Part shown: one piece after another, positions 17,280 to 27,600 of the stretch
Layout of the letters: the number at the start of each line of letters is the position of its first letter
Position numbering within the stretch: the first letter of the stretch is position 1
Source of the DNA: Anaerohalosphaeraceae bacterium
GTDB taxonomy: Bacteria > Planctomycetota > Phycisphaerae > Sedimentisphaerales > Anaerohalosphaeraceae
Length of the DNA: 64,000 nt
NCBI GenBank assembly: GCA_963675525.2
Contig: CAXXSL010000020.1
Span: 32,001-96,000, forward strand
Direction of reading: 5' to 3'
Notes under the pieces: generated by a model
The model's input: only the letters and a program-made list of their open reading frames with translations
Told to the model about the DNA's origin: nothing
Databases searched by the model: none
Program-made: the position numbers and the translations under genes

Positions 17280-18215
17280 TCAACGCAAGCTGCCGATCAA
17301 CTCTTTAATATCGCGGATTCCCTTTTGTTCACAGAACAACAAAATGCCATCGGCAATTTTTTCAGTAATATTCGGGTGGACAAATGTTGAGGTTCCTACT
17401 GCAACGGCGCTGGCGCCGGCGATCAGGAACTCAAGGGCATCGGATAGGGTTTGTATTCCGCCCATTCCGAGGATGGGAATTCCGGCGTCCCGGGCCACTT
17501 CGTTGTAAACCTTATTGACCAGGTAAACGGCGATAGGTTTGATTGCCGGACCGCTGAGCCCACCTGTCCTGTTCGCCAAAACAGGCTTTCGGGTCTCAAT
17601 ATCGATCACCATGGCGGTAAAGGTGTTGATCAGGCTCAAGGCGTCAGCTCCGGCCTGTACCGCCGCACGGGCGGTCACACTGATATCCGTTACGGTTGGG
17701 GTCAGCTTCACCATCAAGGGTTTACTCTGACAGACATCTTTAACCGCCGCGGTGATCTCGCTAATCAAAACCGGATCGGTTCCAAAGGTAATTCCGCCTT
17801 TTTTGACATTCGGACAGCTAATATTCAGTTCAAACCCATCAATGGCTTTTTCCTGAGCGAGTCGTTTGGCCACAGCGACATACTCATCGATGGTTTGGCC
17901 TGCCAGATTGACAAAAATTTTAGTGTCCAGTTGCTCTAAGATGGGTATTTTTTCTACCAGAAAGCATTCCAGCCCCATATTGGCCAGGCCAATGGCGTTT
18001 AACATGCCCGCATTGGTCTCAACGATTCGCGGCGTGGGATTTCCGGTTCGCGGTTCAAGGGAAATGCTTTTTGTCGTCAGTGCCCCAATTTTGGATAAAT
18101 CCATAAACTCTGACAGTTCATCGGCATAGCCGCAGGTCCCTGAAGCCGTAACGACCGGGCTGGTAAGTGTCAAACCTGCGAAATCAACTTGTAATAGAGG
18201 CTTTTGGGGCATCAT
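17280..18215 (-). CDS. pyrD: Dihydroorotate dehydrogenase B, catalytic subunit
   Basis: ASGTCG, GMLNAIGLAN, ELNISCPNV, VKLTP, INTF, GGLSGPAIKP. Confidence 0.95.
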   Translation of the reverse strand: MMPQKPLLQVDFAGLTLTSPVVTASGTCGYADELSEFMDLSKIGALTTKSISLEPRTGNPTPRIVETNAGMLNAIGLANMGLECFLVEKIPILEQLDTKIFVNLAGQTIDEYVAVAKRLAQEKAIDGFELNISCPNVKKGGITFGTDPVLISEITAAVKDVCQSKPLMVKLTPTVTDISVTARAAVQAGADALSLINTFTAMVIDIETRKPVLANRTGGLSGPAIKPIAVYLVNKVYNEVARDAGIPILGMGGIQTLSDALEFLIAGASAVAVGTSTFVHPNITEKIADGILLFCEQKGIRDIKELIGSLR

Positions 18216-19159
18216 TAAGTCCGGAAAACAACCTTTTCGGCATCAAATACAGGGCCGTTTTTACAACACAACTGGTATTCAGTATGATCGGCGGCGATTT
18301 TTGTTTCAACGGCACAGCTTTGACAGAGGCCTATACCGCAGGCCATCATCCGTTCCATGCTGACCTGGCAGGGGAGTGAAAAATCCTTTGCCAGTCTTGC
18401 GGTGGCGGCCAGCATTGCTTCCGGGCCGCATGCGAAGACGGCGCTGACCGATGGATCGATCGATTCTTTTTCCAGCCAGTGTTTCATACAATCGCTTACG
18501 TAGCCGTCAAATCCGGCCGAACCGTCGTCAGTTGCAATATAATAAGGCACCTCCGTCAATTCAAATTCCTCTAAATACAAGCCCTTTAAATTATCTATTT
18601 TTACGCTAAAGGGAAGATTTTCACAATCTTTTGCCCCGATAAAGCTGACAATATTCATCTCAGGATAATGGTGTTTTAAATGGCTGGCCAAATGAAGGAT
18701 TGGCGGAGATCCCATCCCGCCTGCAACCAATAAGGCGTTTTGAAGATCTTGAGGAATTGAAAAGCCGCTGCCTAACGGTCCCAACACATTGATGGTATCG
18801 CCTCTTTTCAAGCTCATCATACGGATCGTTGCAGGGCCCAGAACACAATACATAATCTCGACTTTCACTGAAGGACCGTCTGAGGAAGGCATCACCGCAA
18901 CATTAGAAAAACTGAAAGGTCGGCGGAGTATAATTTGTCTGTTTGCTGAGTCTTTCAATTTTTCAGGGATTAAATTTTGATTTGGCAGCGAAACACCGCT
19001 TAAATCAAACTGCAGAAATTGTCCGGGGATCACGGTTTCAAAAAAGCGGCTTCCTCGTGGGTCAAGAAGAAGATTAAGACGGTAGTAACAGTGTCGTATC
19101 TGTTGATTGCTAAGTACCTCTGCCTGAAAAACACCTTTTTGGACAACCCTGTCTTTCAT
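18215..19159 (-). CDS. pyrK: Dihydroorotate dehydrogenase electron transfer subunit
   Basis: LRRPFS, GPLGSGF, AGGMG, TDDGS, ACGP, MERMMACGIGLCQSC...CKNGPVF. The start could be 19159 or 19210. Confidence 0.9.
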   Translation of the reverse strand: MKDRVVQKGVFQAEVLSNQQIRHCYYRLNLLLDPRGSRFFETVIPGQFLQFDLSGVSLPNQNLIPEKLKDSANRQIILRRPFSFSNVAVMPSSDGPSVKVEIMYCVLGPATIRMMSLKRGDTINVLGPLGSGFSIPQDLQNALLVAGGMGSPPILHLASHLKHHYPEMNIVSFIGAKDCENLPFSVKIDNLKGLYLEEFELTEVPYYIATDDGSAGFDGYVSDCMKHWLEKESIDPSVSAVFACGPEAMLAATARLAKDFSLPCQVSMERMMACGIGLCQSCAVETKIAADHTEYQLCCKNGPVFDAEKVVFRT

Positions 19160-19187
19160 GTATAACTTCTTTTTAAAAAAAGTGTTA

Positions 19188-19234
19188 TAAAAATAAAGCT
19201 TCCGGAACATTCATCCACAGATATCCCGGAAGCC
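19188..19234 (-). terminator. Intrinsic terminator-like hairpin in the pyrK leader
   Basis: GGCUUCCGGGAUAU-(10 nt)-AUGUUCCGGAAGCU followed by UUAUUUUU. Confidence 0.6.
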
Positions 19235-19290
19235 CGCCACGGCAAAGAAAGCCGTTAGATTCAAAAATGACCTCATTCACTTCATGCAAA

Positions 19291-19319
19291 AGTATATCAG
19301 CCAATTTAGCCAGTGTCAA
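19291..19319 (-). promoter_or_regulatory. sigma70-type promoter of pyrK-pyrD
   Basis: TTGACA-N17-TATACT with an extended -10 TG. Confidence 0.75.
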
Positions 19320-19605
19320 CTGACCAAAAAAAAGAATATTAGTGGTCATTTAAGGTCATTTATTCAACATACTGTTAACTTCTTATCATTTAATAGTTTA
19401 ACCCTTTTCTCTATGAGTTAAAAAATTATACAGAACTAAAGCATATTAGTTTATTACTAAGCAGATGCAAACATTATAGATATATTTAGAACACTTTATT
19501 TGAAATTCATTTTGACTTTTGACATAAACCTAATATGATAGAAGTGTTGTAAGGGCGTTTCAACAGTGCATCAGGCAGATGATATTGTGGATGGTGCTTT
19601 TGAAA

Positions 19606-20046
19606 ATGCGACACGACTCCGTTATTTTAGTTGCTGAGGATGATGACGGGCATTTTTCGCTTATCAAGAGAAACTTGCTCCGTGCGGGGATTAATAACAA
19701 GGTCGTACGTTTGTTGGACGGACAGGAAACGCTTGACTTTCTCAATCAGCTCAAAAATCCCAATAACACTTATTCTCGGTCTCCCTGTCTATTATTGCTT
19801 GATATTCGCATGCCCAAAGTGGATGGCTATGAAGTACTGAAGTTCATAAAAAACGACCCTCTGCTAAAAAAAATTCCGGTTATTGTTTTGACGACTGCGG
19901 GCGACCAGCACGTGTTCAGTAAATGTCAGGACTACGGATGCAATATGTTTATTGCAAAACCGGTTGAATATGATGAATTTGTTGAGTCAATCACTCGAAT
20001 CAGCCATTTTATTTCAATTATCGAAGTTCCATCCGTGATTTCATAA
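19606..20046 (+). CDS. Single-domain response regulator (CheY/Rcp1-like)
   Basis: AEDD, LLDIRMP, LTT, FIAKP. Confidence 0.88.
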   Translation: MRHDSVILVAEDDDGHFSLIKRNLLRAGINNKVVRLLDGQETLDFLNQLKNPNNTYSRSPCLLLLDIRMPKVDGYEVLKFIKNDPLLKKIPVIVLTTAGDQHVFSKCQDYGCNMFIAKPVEYDEFVESITRISHFISIIEVPSVIS

Positions 20047-20063
20047 TTGTGGCGGATAAACCT

Positions 20064-20528
20064 ATGACCCGAAACCTCAACATTCTGCTTGCCGAGGACG
20101 ATAAAGGACATGCATCGCTTATCCAAAAAAATCTTTGGCGCACGTGCATTGAAGCACAAATCGTTCCTTTTTCAGATGGCCAAAAATTATTAGACTATCT
20201 TTCCGGCAACGGCCATGCATCAAAACAGCTTACGCCCGGGGAATACATTATTCTTTTGGATATCAAGATGCCCAGAATGGACGGGATAGAGACGCTCAAT
20301 GCTATAAAATCGGATCCACGGCTCTGTAAAATACCGGTTATTATGCTCACAACCACGGATAGTCGTCATGAAATTGATCATTGTTATTCGAAGGGCTGTA
20401 CATTTTACATTGCCAAACCATCTGATTATAACAAATTCATGGAAACCATCGAATATTTCGGCTCCTTCCTGTCACTTTCCACTTTGGTACTCCCTGATGT
20501 TAAACTCCCCTCGTTAACAATGGATTAA
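20064..20528 (+). CDS. Single-domain response regulator (CheY/Rcp1-like)
   Basis: AEDD, LLDIKMP, LTTT, YIAKP. Confidence 0.88.
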   Translation: MTRNLNILLAEDDKGHASLIQKNLWRTCIEAQIVPFSDGQKLLDYLSGNGHASKQLTPGEYIILLDIKMPRMDGIETLNAIKSDPRLCKIPVIMLTTTDSRHEIDHCYSKGCTFYIAKPSDYNKFMETIEYFGSFLSLSTLVLPDVKLPSLTMD

Positions 20529-20541
20529 TCAACCCGATTGA

Positions 20542-23500
20542 TTACTGTGTAATTTCTGCGATTTCCTGTTCCGTCAGTGCCGTGTTATAGATTCGGACCT
20601 CATCGATCAGGCCCTGGAAGTAACGGGGACCGCCGGCGGCTAAATACGCGCCGATCTTAACATCTTCAGCCGAACCGCTATTGATCGGCTCGTCCGCAAA
20701 GGAACTGATCGTTTCAAGCTGACCGTCAACATACAATTGAGCTTCCGCAATATCCGGGCTGCCGTCATCGGCGACCACAACGGCAACATGGTGCCATGTG
20801 TCGTTATTGATGACGGTGGTGCCGATAATATTGCCGCCCTGGACTTCCGCGCGAAGCTGACCGCCTTCATTAACACGAATGACCCAGCGGCCGCCATTGT
20901 ATTCTTCGCCCCACGTCAGGATCTCACCGGAGACCGAAGCGGTTTTGATCCAAGCCATACAGGTACGGCTGCCACCGCCGGGAATGCCTTGATAGCCGGA
21001 CACTTCGACATGGTCGTTCGTGCCGTCAAACAGCAGGGCATTGCCGGAATGGCCCAAATCCCATGTCGGAGCATTGACAAGCGTGCCTGGCCGCCAATAG
21101 ATCGAATTATCGTATGCCGTATCGCCGCTTGTTTCGTCGAATTTCAAATGAAGCTGCAGGGCTTCATCACCCAGCCAATTATGGGCCAATACTGAGAAAT
21201 CTGAGATGGAGACATCATCATCGCCATCCAGATCCGCGCCGTTACAGGCCGGGACATCCACACAATCCAGCGACAGCCATTGAGCCGCAAAACCGAGCAA
21301 GTCGATCAAGCCTTCTGTGCCGGAATAGGTATTATCCACCTGGATGGTCATCGTAGCCGTATCGTACAAGCTGTCATCGTCTGTGACGCGAACCGTAAAT
21401 GTATTTTCGCCGGTATCTGAATCAGACGGAACACCTGAAAGAGTCCCATCGCCTGCCACAACCAGCCAGGTTGGACCGCTGTCTTTGCTGAAGGTTAGCG
21501 GGTCGCCAGCGGGATCACTGGCGAAGTCAGCCAGAGATTGTCCGCTATACGATGCCAGTTCGACAGCCTCAAGATTATTGATCGGATCGGTGGTAAAGGC
21601 CGGGGGTATCGAACTGCCAAAAATCTGGCATTCCCAGAACGCTGCCCAGCCGTAACTGGTGCCTGTAACCGTCACTCGAACATAACGAGCCGAGGCATCA
21701 AACGTGTCCGTACTGGTTCCGGTCGCCGTTCGGCTGGTCTGATCGACAATCGTCGTGTAGTTGACATCGTTATCGCTGACTTCGATCCGATATTTGTACG
21801 AACGGGTTGTGTCGCCAAACCAATAGATGACTGCTTTGTCGAGATTCTGGACGGATCCTAAATCAACTCTCCACCATTGCGGATAGCTGTCATTCGCAGC
21901 CGTCCAGCGGGTTGAGAAGTCCCCGTCATTTCCGTTGGCTGCGGGATTTCCGGATTCGGATGAACTGGCAGTGACAGGCTGACCTTCTGATAGCAGCTCC
22001 ATCAAGCATGTGGTGGACCCTTCATTGGAATTACCGGACTCATTGTCATTGGTATCCATAGCCGTTACCACATAATAGTAGGGCACGCCCACGGTGACCG
22101 TATTGTCCGTATAGGCGCTCAGCAGCAAATCCGTCGCAAGGGTCGTGTAGGGACCGCCGGAGTCAATTGCTCGTTTAACCGTATAACTTGACAGATCCGA
22201 TTCGGTATTACCTGCCCAATCCAGACTGATACAGCCGTCACCGGCTGTTGCGATCAGCCCCGTCGGAGTCGCCGGCGGAGTCGCATCGGAGCCCGGTCCA
22301 AAGATTTTGCATTCCCTTAACCCGGCCCAACCGGAAGGACTGACACCCGTAACGGTAACCCGGACATAGCGAGCGGATGCGGAGAAGTAATCCGTACTGA
22401 TCCCGGTCTCCGTTCGGCTCGTCTGATCGACAATCGTCGTGTAACTGGACCCGTTATCGCTGATCTCGATCCGGTATTTGTACGAACGGTCCGTGTCGCC
22501 ATACCATACGACAACTGCTTTCTTGATCGGTTGAACAGACCCTAAATCCACACGCCACCATTGCGGATAGCTGTCGTTCACAGCCGCCCAGCGAGTCGAT
22601 ATGTTCCCGTCATTACCGTTCTGTGGGATATTTCCTGATTGGTAACTGCTGGCAGTAACCGGTCGGCCTTGAGACAACGGGGTGGGTGCGTCAGGAAGTT
22701 TCGGGGAGATTGAAGGATCGCCATAAATGTTAAAGCGCATCCTGCAGGGTTCATAGCAATCGCCCTGTCTTACATTTGCCCAGGCCAGACCTGCACTTTC
22801 ATTATTAGCCACTAAGTATTGCATAAACCTGTAAGATAATGGACCGTTAGTGTTTCCAAAAGTATAGTCGGTTTTACTGGGTGTGTAGAAAGAATTGCGG
22901 GTGGCGCCAATCGTTACAATACCTCCGTTTTGAAGAATCCTATAGGCCAGATTGCTGCTGTTTTCAGGATGGGCATTCTCGCAGGAACCTTGATAAACGA
23001 TACTCGGGTAGTTGTCATTCAGACTCCCAACCTCGCCGATATCAATAAAATACGATGCTGATGTTTCATTGCCGTGTGTGCCCCAGCAAACGATTCCATA
23101 GGGTGTTGAAGCCCACACATCATCCATCTCAGTTGTCGGAGCCTCGCTATATGTATATTCCGGATCAACTCCAAAATTTTCCTCGTAGATCCGATCCGAA
23201 TGGATGTCCAGGGGATCTAAAACAATGTTCTTTATTTGCTCTCCACACCGATACAAAGGAGTCGTCTCATCAAGTCGGGCCATGGGCAGAAAGGCATTTT
23301 TTCGCCATAAGGTGTCGGTTGAGTTTTCGTAATTGATCGCTTTCTGCAGCAAATTATCCAGTATGGAAATAGTACCGTAGTAAGGCATTCTGCCAACTAC
23401 AACCTCCCAGTAATTGTCGCCGGTAAAGTCGGAATAGAAAAAGTCCGTTGGTGCATCCCCCCGGCCGTCATCATACCATCGCATCGGCACGGTTCCCGTA

Positions 23501-24567
23501 TTGGTGTCGGGCGTTCCGATCAAAAGAACGTATAAAATATCTAACGAGACATAATTACTTCCCAGCCAGGTACGGATATTGTTGTAAGCTGTCCAACCCG
23601 TCCCTCCGCCCCAGTCCGATTCGGTCCTGACCATTACATTGAAGCCAAGAGACTGTTTGTGAGTCACAAAATCACTGAGCTTTGTTGAATTGGTTACAAT
23701 ATCGTTGGTGGTAATAATAACATATCCGGTTGAACTTATCCCGGCGGCCGGATATTCATCGCTGCTTTCCGTAGAGAGTTCAACGACCGGCCCCTCAGAG
23801 GCAGATGATTCGGCAGCCAGTTCTTCATAAGCCGTAATTGCTTTGTCGTAGTTGGCCGCCAGCTTCTTAACCCTGCCTGACTGCTTCCTCCAGTTCTTCC
23901 AGTTCGTCCGGGAAAGGCCTTGAGATTTCTTTTTGCCGGCTGCGCTGCGGTCAAAGGTAACATCAATATCCGCAGATATGATTTCCTGCAAACAGCCCGT
24001 CACCGGATTGTATCGCACCAGCGGAACCGCAACCTCAGCCAGTTTCCACTGACGAAGTTCACCTTTCCGGGAAATCCTGGCGTCCTGCTGCGGCCAGTAC
24101 GTATCGGTGTTATAGATATCGACATCGTAGCCGTCCACGACGGTGCGTTCTGCCGGCATGACGAGGACGGGATTACCGTCTTCGTCCCAGGTGCCAATCA
24201 TCGGCGACGGTTCAATATCAAAGTCGCCCTCCACAGGGCTGTAAGTGATGTTATTGACCGTATAGGAAACCGTTGAAAGGTCCGCATTGGGAGGTAAAAG
24301 AACCGTAATGACCTTCCAAGGTATCTGCGGCTGACCCGGCTCATTGAGATATTGCGTATTGGCACATTGTATACCAGCATTACCTTTGGCTGTAACGCCA
24401 ATTGAAATATTCGGCGTGTCAATAAGGGCGGCCTTCTGCCCGCCTGTTTTCACATTGATCGTCGCGGCATCCGTAAAGGGGCAAAACACTATTAAAATGG
24501 ATAGCAAAACAACATTAAAATAACATTTCGATATACAAGAAGCCTTAATCCTTTGATTATCTACCAT
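20542..24567 (-). CDS. Secreted peptidase C25 (gingipain-family) protein: propeptide, C25, 2x F5/8 type C, FN3, Ig/cadherin-like, dockerin-like, LamG
   Basis: Signal peptide. EPGQPQIP propeptide, YVIITT...FVTHKQSLG, YVLLIG, VVVGRMP, WGTHG (His), QGSC (Cys), IYGDP. DGNISTRW...WWRVDLG occurs twice. The last domain ends in FQGLIDEVRIYN. Confidence 0.85.
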   Translation of the reverse strand: MVDNQRIKASCISKCYFNVVLLSILIVFCPFTDAATINVKTGGQKAALIDTPNISIGVTAKGNAGIQCANTQYLNEPGQPQIPWKVITVLLPPNADLSTVSYTVNNITYSPVEGDFDIEPSPMIGTWDEDGNPVLVMPAERTVVDGYDVDIYNTDTYWPQQDARISRKGELRQWKLAEVAVPLVRYNPVTGCLQEIISADIDVTFDRSAAGKKKSQGLSRTNWKNWRKQSGRVKKLAANYDKAITAYEELAAESSASEGPVVELSTESSDEYPAAGISSTGYVIITTNDIVTNSTKLSDFVTHKQSLGFNVMVRTESDWGGGTGWTAYNNIRTWLGSNYVSLDILYVLLIGTPDTNTGTVPMRWYDDGRGDAPTDFFYSDFTGDNYWEVVVGRMPYYGTISILDNLLQKAINYENSTDTLWRKNAFLPMARLDETTPLYRCGEQIKNIVLDPLDIHSDRIYEENFGVDPEYTYSEAPTTEMDDVWASTPYGIVCWGTHGNETSASYFIDIGEVGSLNDNYPSIVYQGSCENAHPENSSNLAYRILQNGGIVTIGATRNSFYTPSKTDYTFGNTNGPLSYRFMQYLVANNESAGLAWANVRQGDCYEPCRMRFNIYGDPSISPKLPDAPTPLSQGRPVTASSYQSGNIPQNGNDGNISTRWAAVNDSYPQWWRVDLGSVQPIKKAVVVWYGDTDRSYKYRIEISDNGSSYTTIVDQTSRTETGISTDYFSASARYVRVTVTGVSPSGWAGLRECKIFGPGSDATPPATPTGLIATAGDGCISLDWAGNTESDLSSYTVKRAIDSGGPYTTLATDLLLSAYTDNTVTVGVPYYYVVTAMDTNDNESGNSNEGSTTCLMELLSEGQPVTASSSESGNPAANGNDGDFSTRWTAANDSYPQWWRVDLGSVQNLDKAVIYWFGDTTRSYKYRIEVSDNDVNYTTIVDQTSRTATGTSTDTFDASARYVRVTVTGTSYGWAAFWECQIFGSSIPPAFTTDPINNLEAVELASYSGQSLADFASDPAGDPLTFSKDSGPTWLVVAGDGTLSGVPSDSDTGENTFTVRVTDDDSLYDTATMTIQVDNTYSGTEGLIDLLGFAAQWLSLDCVDVPACNGADLDGDDDVSISDFSVLAHNWLGDEALQLHLKFDETSGDTAYDNSIYWRPGTLVNAPTWDLGHSGNALLFDGTNDHVEVSGYQGIPGGGSRTCMAWIKTASVSGEILTWGEEYNGGRWVIRVNEGGQLRAEVQGGNIIGTTVINNDTWHHVAVVVADDGSPDIAEAQLYVDGQLETISSFADEPINSGSAEDVKIGAYLAAGGPRYFQGLIDEVRIYNTALTEQEIAEITQ
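20579..21290. repeat. 712-bp direct repeat, copy 1 (dockerin-like + LamG coding module)
   Basis: Aligns without gaps to 24695-25406 (offset 4116), 13 mismatches by manual count. Confidence 0.95.
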
Positions 24568-24657
24568 AGACGTACCCTGTCTCCATACTAATCTGGTCTT
24601 TCCTCATTTAGATTCTTAAGCATCATTTTTAAACGATAGAGCTATCCGGACAAACAT

Positions 24658-27600
24658 TTATTGTGAAAAACTCTGGATTTCCTGCTGTGTCATCGCCGTG
24701 TTATAGATTCGGACCTCATCGATCAGGCCCTGGAAGTAACGGGGACCGCCGGCGGCTAAATACGCGCCGATCTTAACATCTTCAGCCGAACCGCTATTGA
24801 TCGGCTCGTCCGCAAAGGAGCTAACCGTTTCAAGCTGACCGTCAACATACAATTGAGCTTCCGCAATATCCGGGCTGCCGTCATCGGCGACCACAACGGC
24901 AACATGGTGCCATGTGTCGTTATTGATGACGGTGGTGCCGATAATATTGCCGCCCTGGACTTCCGCGCGAAGCTGACCGCCTTCATTAACACGAATGACC
25001 CAGCGGCCGCCATTGTATTCTTCGCCCCACGTCAGGATCTCACCGGAGACCGAAGCGGTTTTAACCCAAGCCATACAGGTACGGCTGCCACCGCCGGGAA
25101 TGCCTTGATAGCCGGACACTTCGACATGGTCGTTCGTGCCGTCAAACAGCAGGGCATTGCCGGAATGGCCCAAATCCCATGTCGGAGCATTGACAAGCGT
25201 GCCTGGCCGCCAATAGATCGAATTATCGTATGCCGTATCGCCGCTTGTTTCGTCGAATTTCAAATGAAGCTGCAGGACTTCATCACCCAGCCAGTTATGG
25301 GCTAATACTGAGAAATCTGAGATGGTGACATCATCATCGCCGTCCAGATCCGCACCGTCACAGGCAGGGACATCCACACAATCCAGCGACAGCCATTGAG
25401 CCGCAAGGCCGGCCAGGTCTTCGGTGCCTCGGACGCCGGAATAGACATTGGCAATGTTAATCGTCATCGTGGCGGTATCGTACAAGCCTGATTGATTTTC
25501 GACGCGAACCGTGAACGTATCCGTGCCGGAGATTGAATCGGTCGGGATTCCGGAAAGCGACCCATCTGGCGAGACAACCAACCATTCGGGACCTGAGTCT
25601 TTGCTGAAGACTCCACCAGGGGCATCTACGTATGTTGATAGTGATTGACCCATGTAGCCAACAAGCTCAATTCCGGCATCATTACTTATCGGATCGACCG
25701 TAAATGATGGCGGATTATTCAACGCTGCAATCTCCGAATCTGACAAAGCATAATCGTAAATACGGAAATCGTCTATGCGTCCGTTAAAGAGCGGATCATT
25801 GGACCACTGACTTTTTCCGATATAGTTCACAGTTGGATTCAAATCGGATGGATTAATTGTCATGGCCGTATTAATGTCTTTAAGTTGGCCATTAACATAT
25901 AGTTTGCCGGTGTCTGCACCGACCGTAACAGCCACATGCACCCATTGACCGATAGCTAATTCAGTGGTTTTAAGTTTCTGTGAAGTTGCACCTCCTCCAG
26001 AACCGGTAAAAAGAAACGTCAGCTCATTACTGGAAGCATTCGGAGTTAATATCATGTACTCATATGTACCGGTACCAAAATCAAAAATTCGCTGCCAAGT
26101 ACCCCCGCCGTCCCAGTTCACCCATGCGGCGACTGTAATATCTTCTGTATTGGCAATACCGGAAGGCAGGGTAACATAATCGTCGCTGCCGTCAAGATCG
26201 ATGGCCTGACCGAGGATTCCGGTTGTGTACGCAGGACTTCCTGTCGGTGTCCCGTGATTGGTCCCAGCACTATCATTGGCGGTGTTCTCAAACTCATAGT
26301 GAGCATCCGCGGGTCCATAGACCGTAATGTGAGCGTTCACATCATCTGTCGCGCCAGAAGAATCTGTAACGCGAGCGACGAAGGTATTTACCCCCCGGTC
26401 AGCGGAACCGGGTGTGCCGGAAAGGGTACCATTGGTGCCCACACTCAGCCATAGCGGACCACTAACTTTGCTGAAGGTTAATGGATCGCTGTCCGGATCA
26501 GATGCGTAGTCCGCCAGCGTCATACCCGTGTAAGCAACACTCTCGTCTCCGTCAGGCAGGATGAGCGGATCGGCATCAAATACCGGCGGATTGTTGGCAC
26601 TTTGACCCCACAGATTCCAGACCTCAGAGCCGGCCAGGGCGTAGTTATAAATGCGGAAGTCATCAATGCGTCCATTAAAGTGTGGATCCGCACTATACTG
26701 ACTGTCGCCGATATAGTTCCGATCCGCCAGAAGACCAGCCGGATCAAGGGTCATGCTATCGTTTGACGCAACCGGCTGTCCGTTGACATATAACGTGCCC
26801 GTATCACCTCTTAAGGTCACGACCAGATGCACCCACTGGTTGGTGGATAGCTGTGTTGTGTTTAACTCTTGTTGTTGGTCCTGGTCTTTGATACGAAATC
26901 GCAACGTGTTGCTGCCGGAACGCGGCGTCAGTAACATGTAATTTGAAGTGCTGGCTCCGAAGTCAAAGATACGCTGCCATTGATTGCCGCCATCCCAGTA
27001 CACCCACGTTGCAATTGTGATATCTTCTGCATCGGCCACGCCTGCCGGCAACGTAACATAGTCATCGGTTCCGTCCAAGTCGATCGCCTGCCCGACTTGG
27101 CCGATGGTGTAGGCCGGAGAACCAGTGGTTGTTCCGTCATACGAACCGATACTGTCATTTGAATTATTTTCAAAATCCCACTGGCTAACCTGTCCCTGGA
27201 TCGTCAGACGTCGAGTGCGGCTGTTCAGAGTTTCACCTGCTCCAGTCGCCGCGCAATAGTAAATGCCCTCATCACTCAGATCGGCATTCGCAATTCGCAG
27301 CGTTGATCGGGTTGCGCCGGAAATATCGCCGCCATCAGATAAAGGCGCGCCATCCTTATACCATTGATAGGTTGTTGAGGTCGGCGACTCGACACCAAAG
27401 TATGCTGTTTCGCCAAGGGCAGCAACCTGGTGCTCAGCTTCCTTGCTATAGGACATAATGCCCATATCACACCTTAGAACTGCTTGGCTTCGTACGCATT
27501 TGATGCGTTCCATGTAGCTGCTGTCCTCGCTATCATAATTCATCGCCCACGGCCATACTGCATGGCCATCTCCGTGCAGGCCATCAGCATAGGGACTCCC

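Noticed and set aside
20579..25406. Diversity-generating retroelement (template/variable repeat pair)
   Set aside because: Both copies are coding, the mismatches are not restricted to adenines (several are T/C on the coding strand), and there is no reverse transcriptase in the window.
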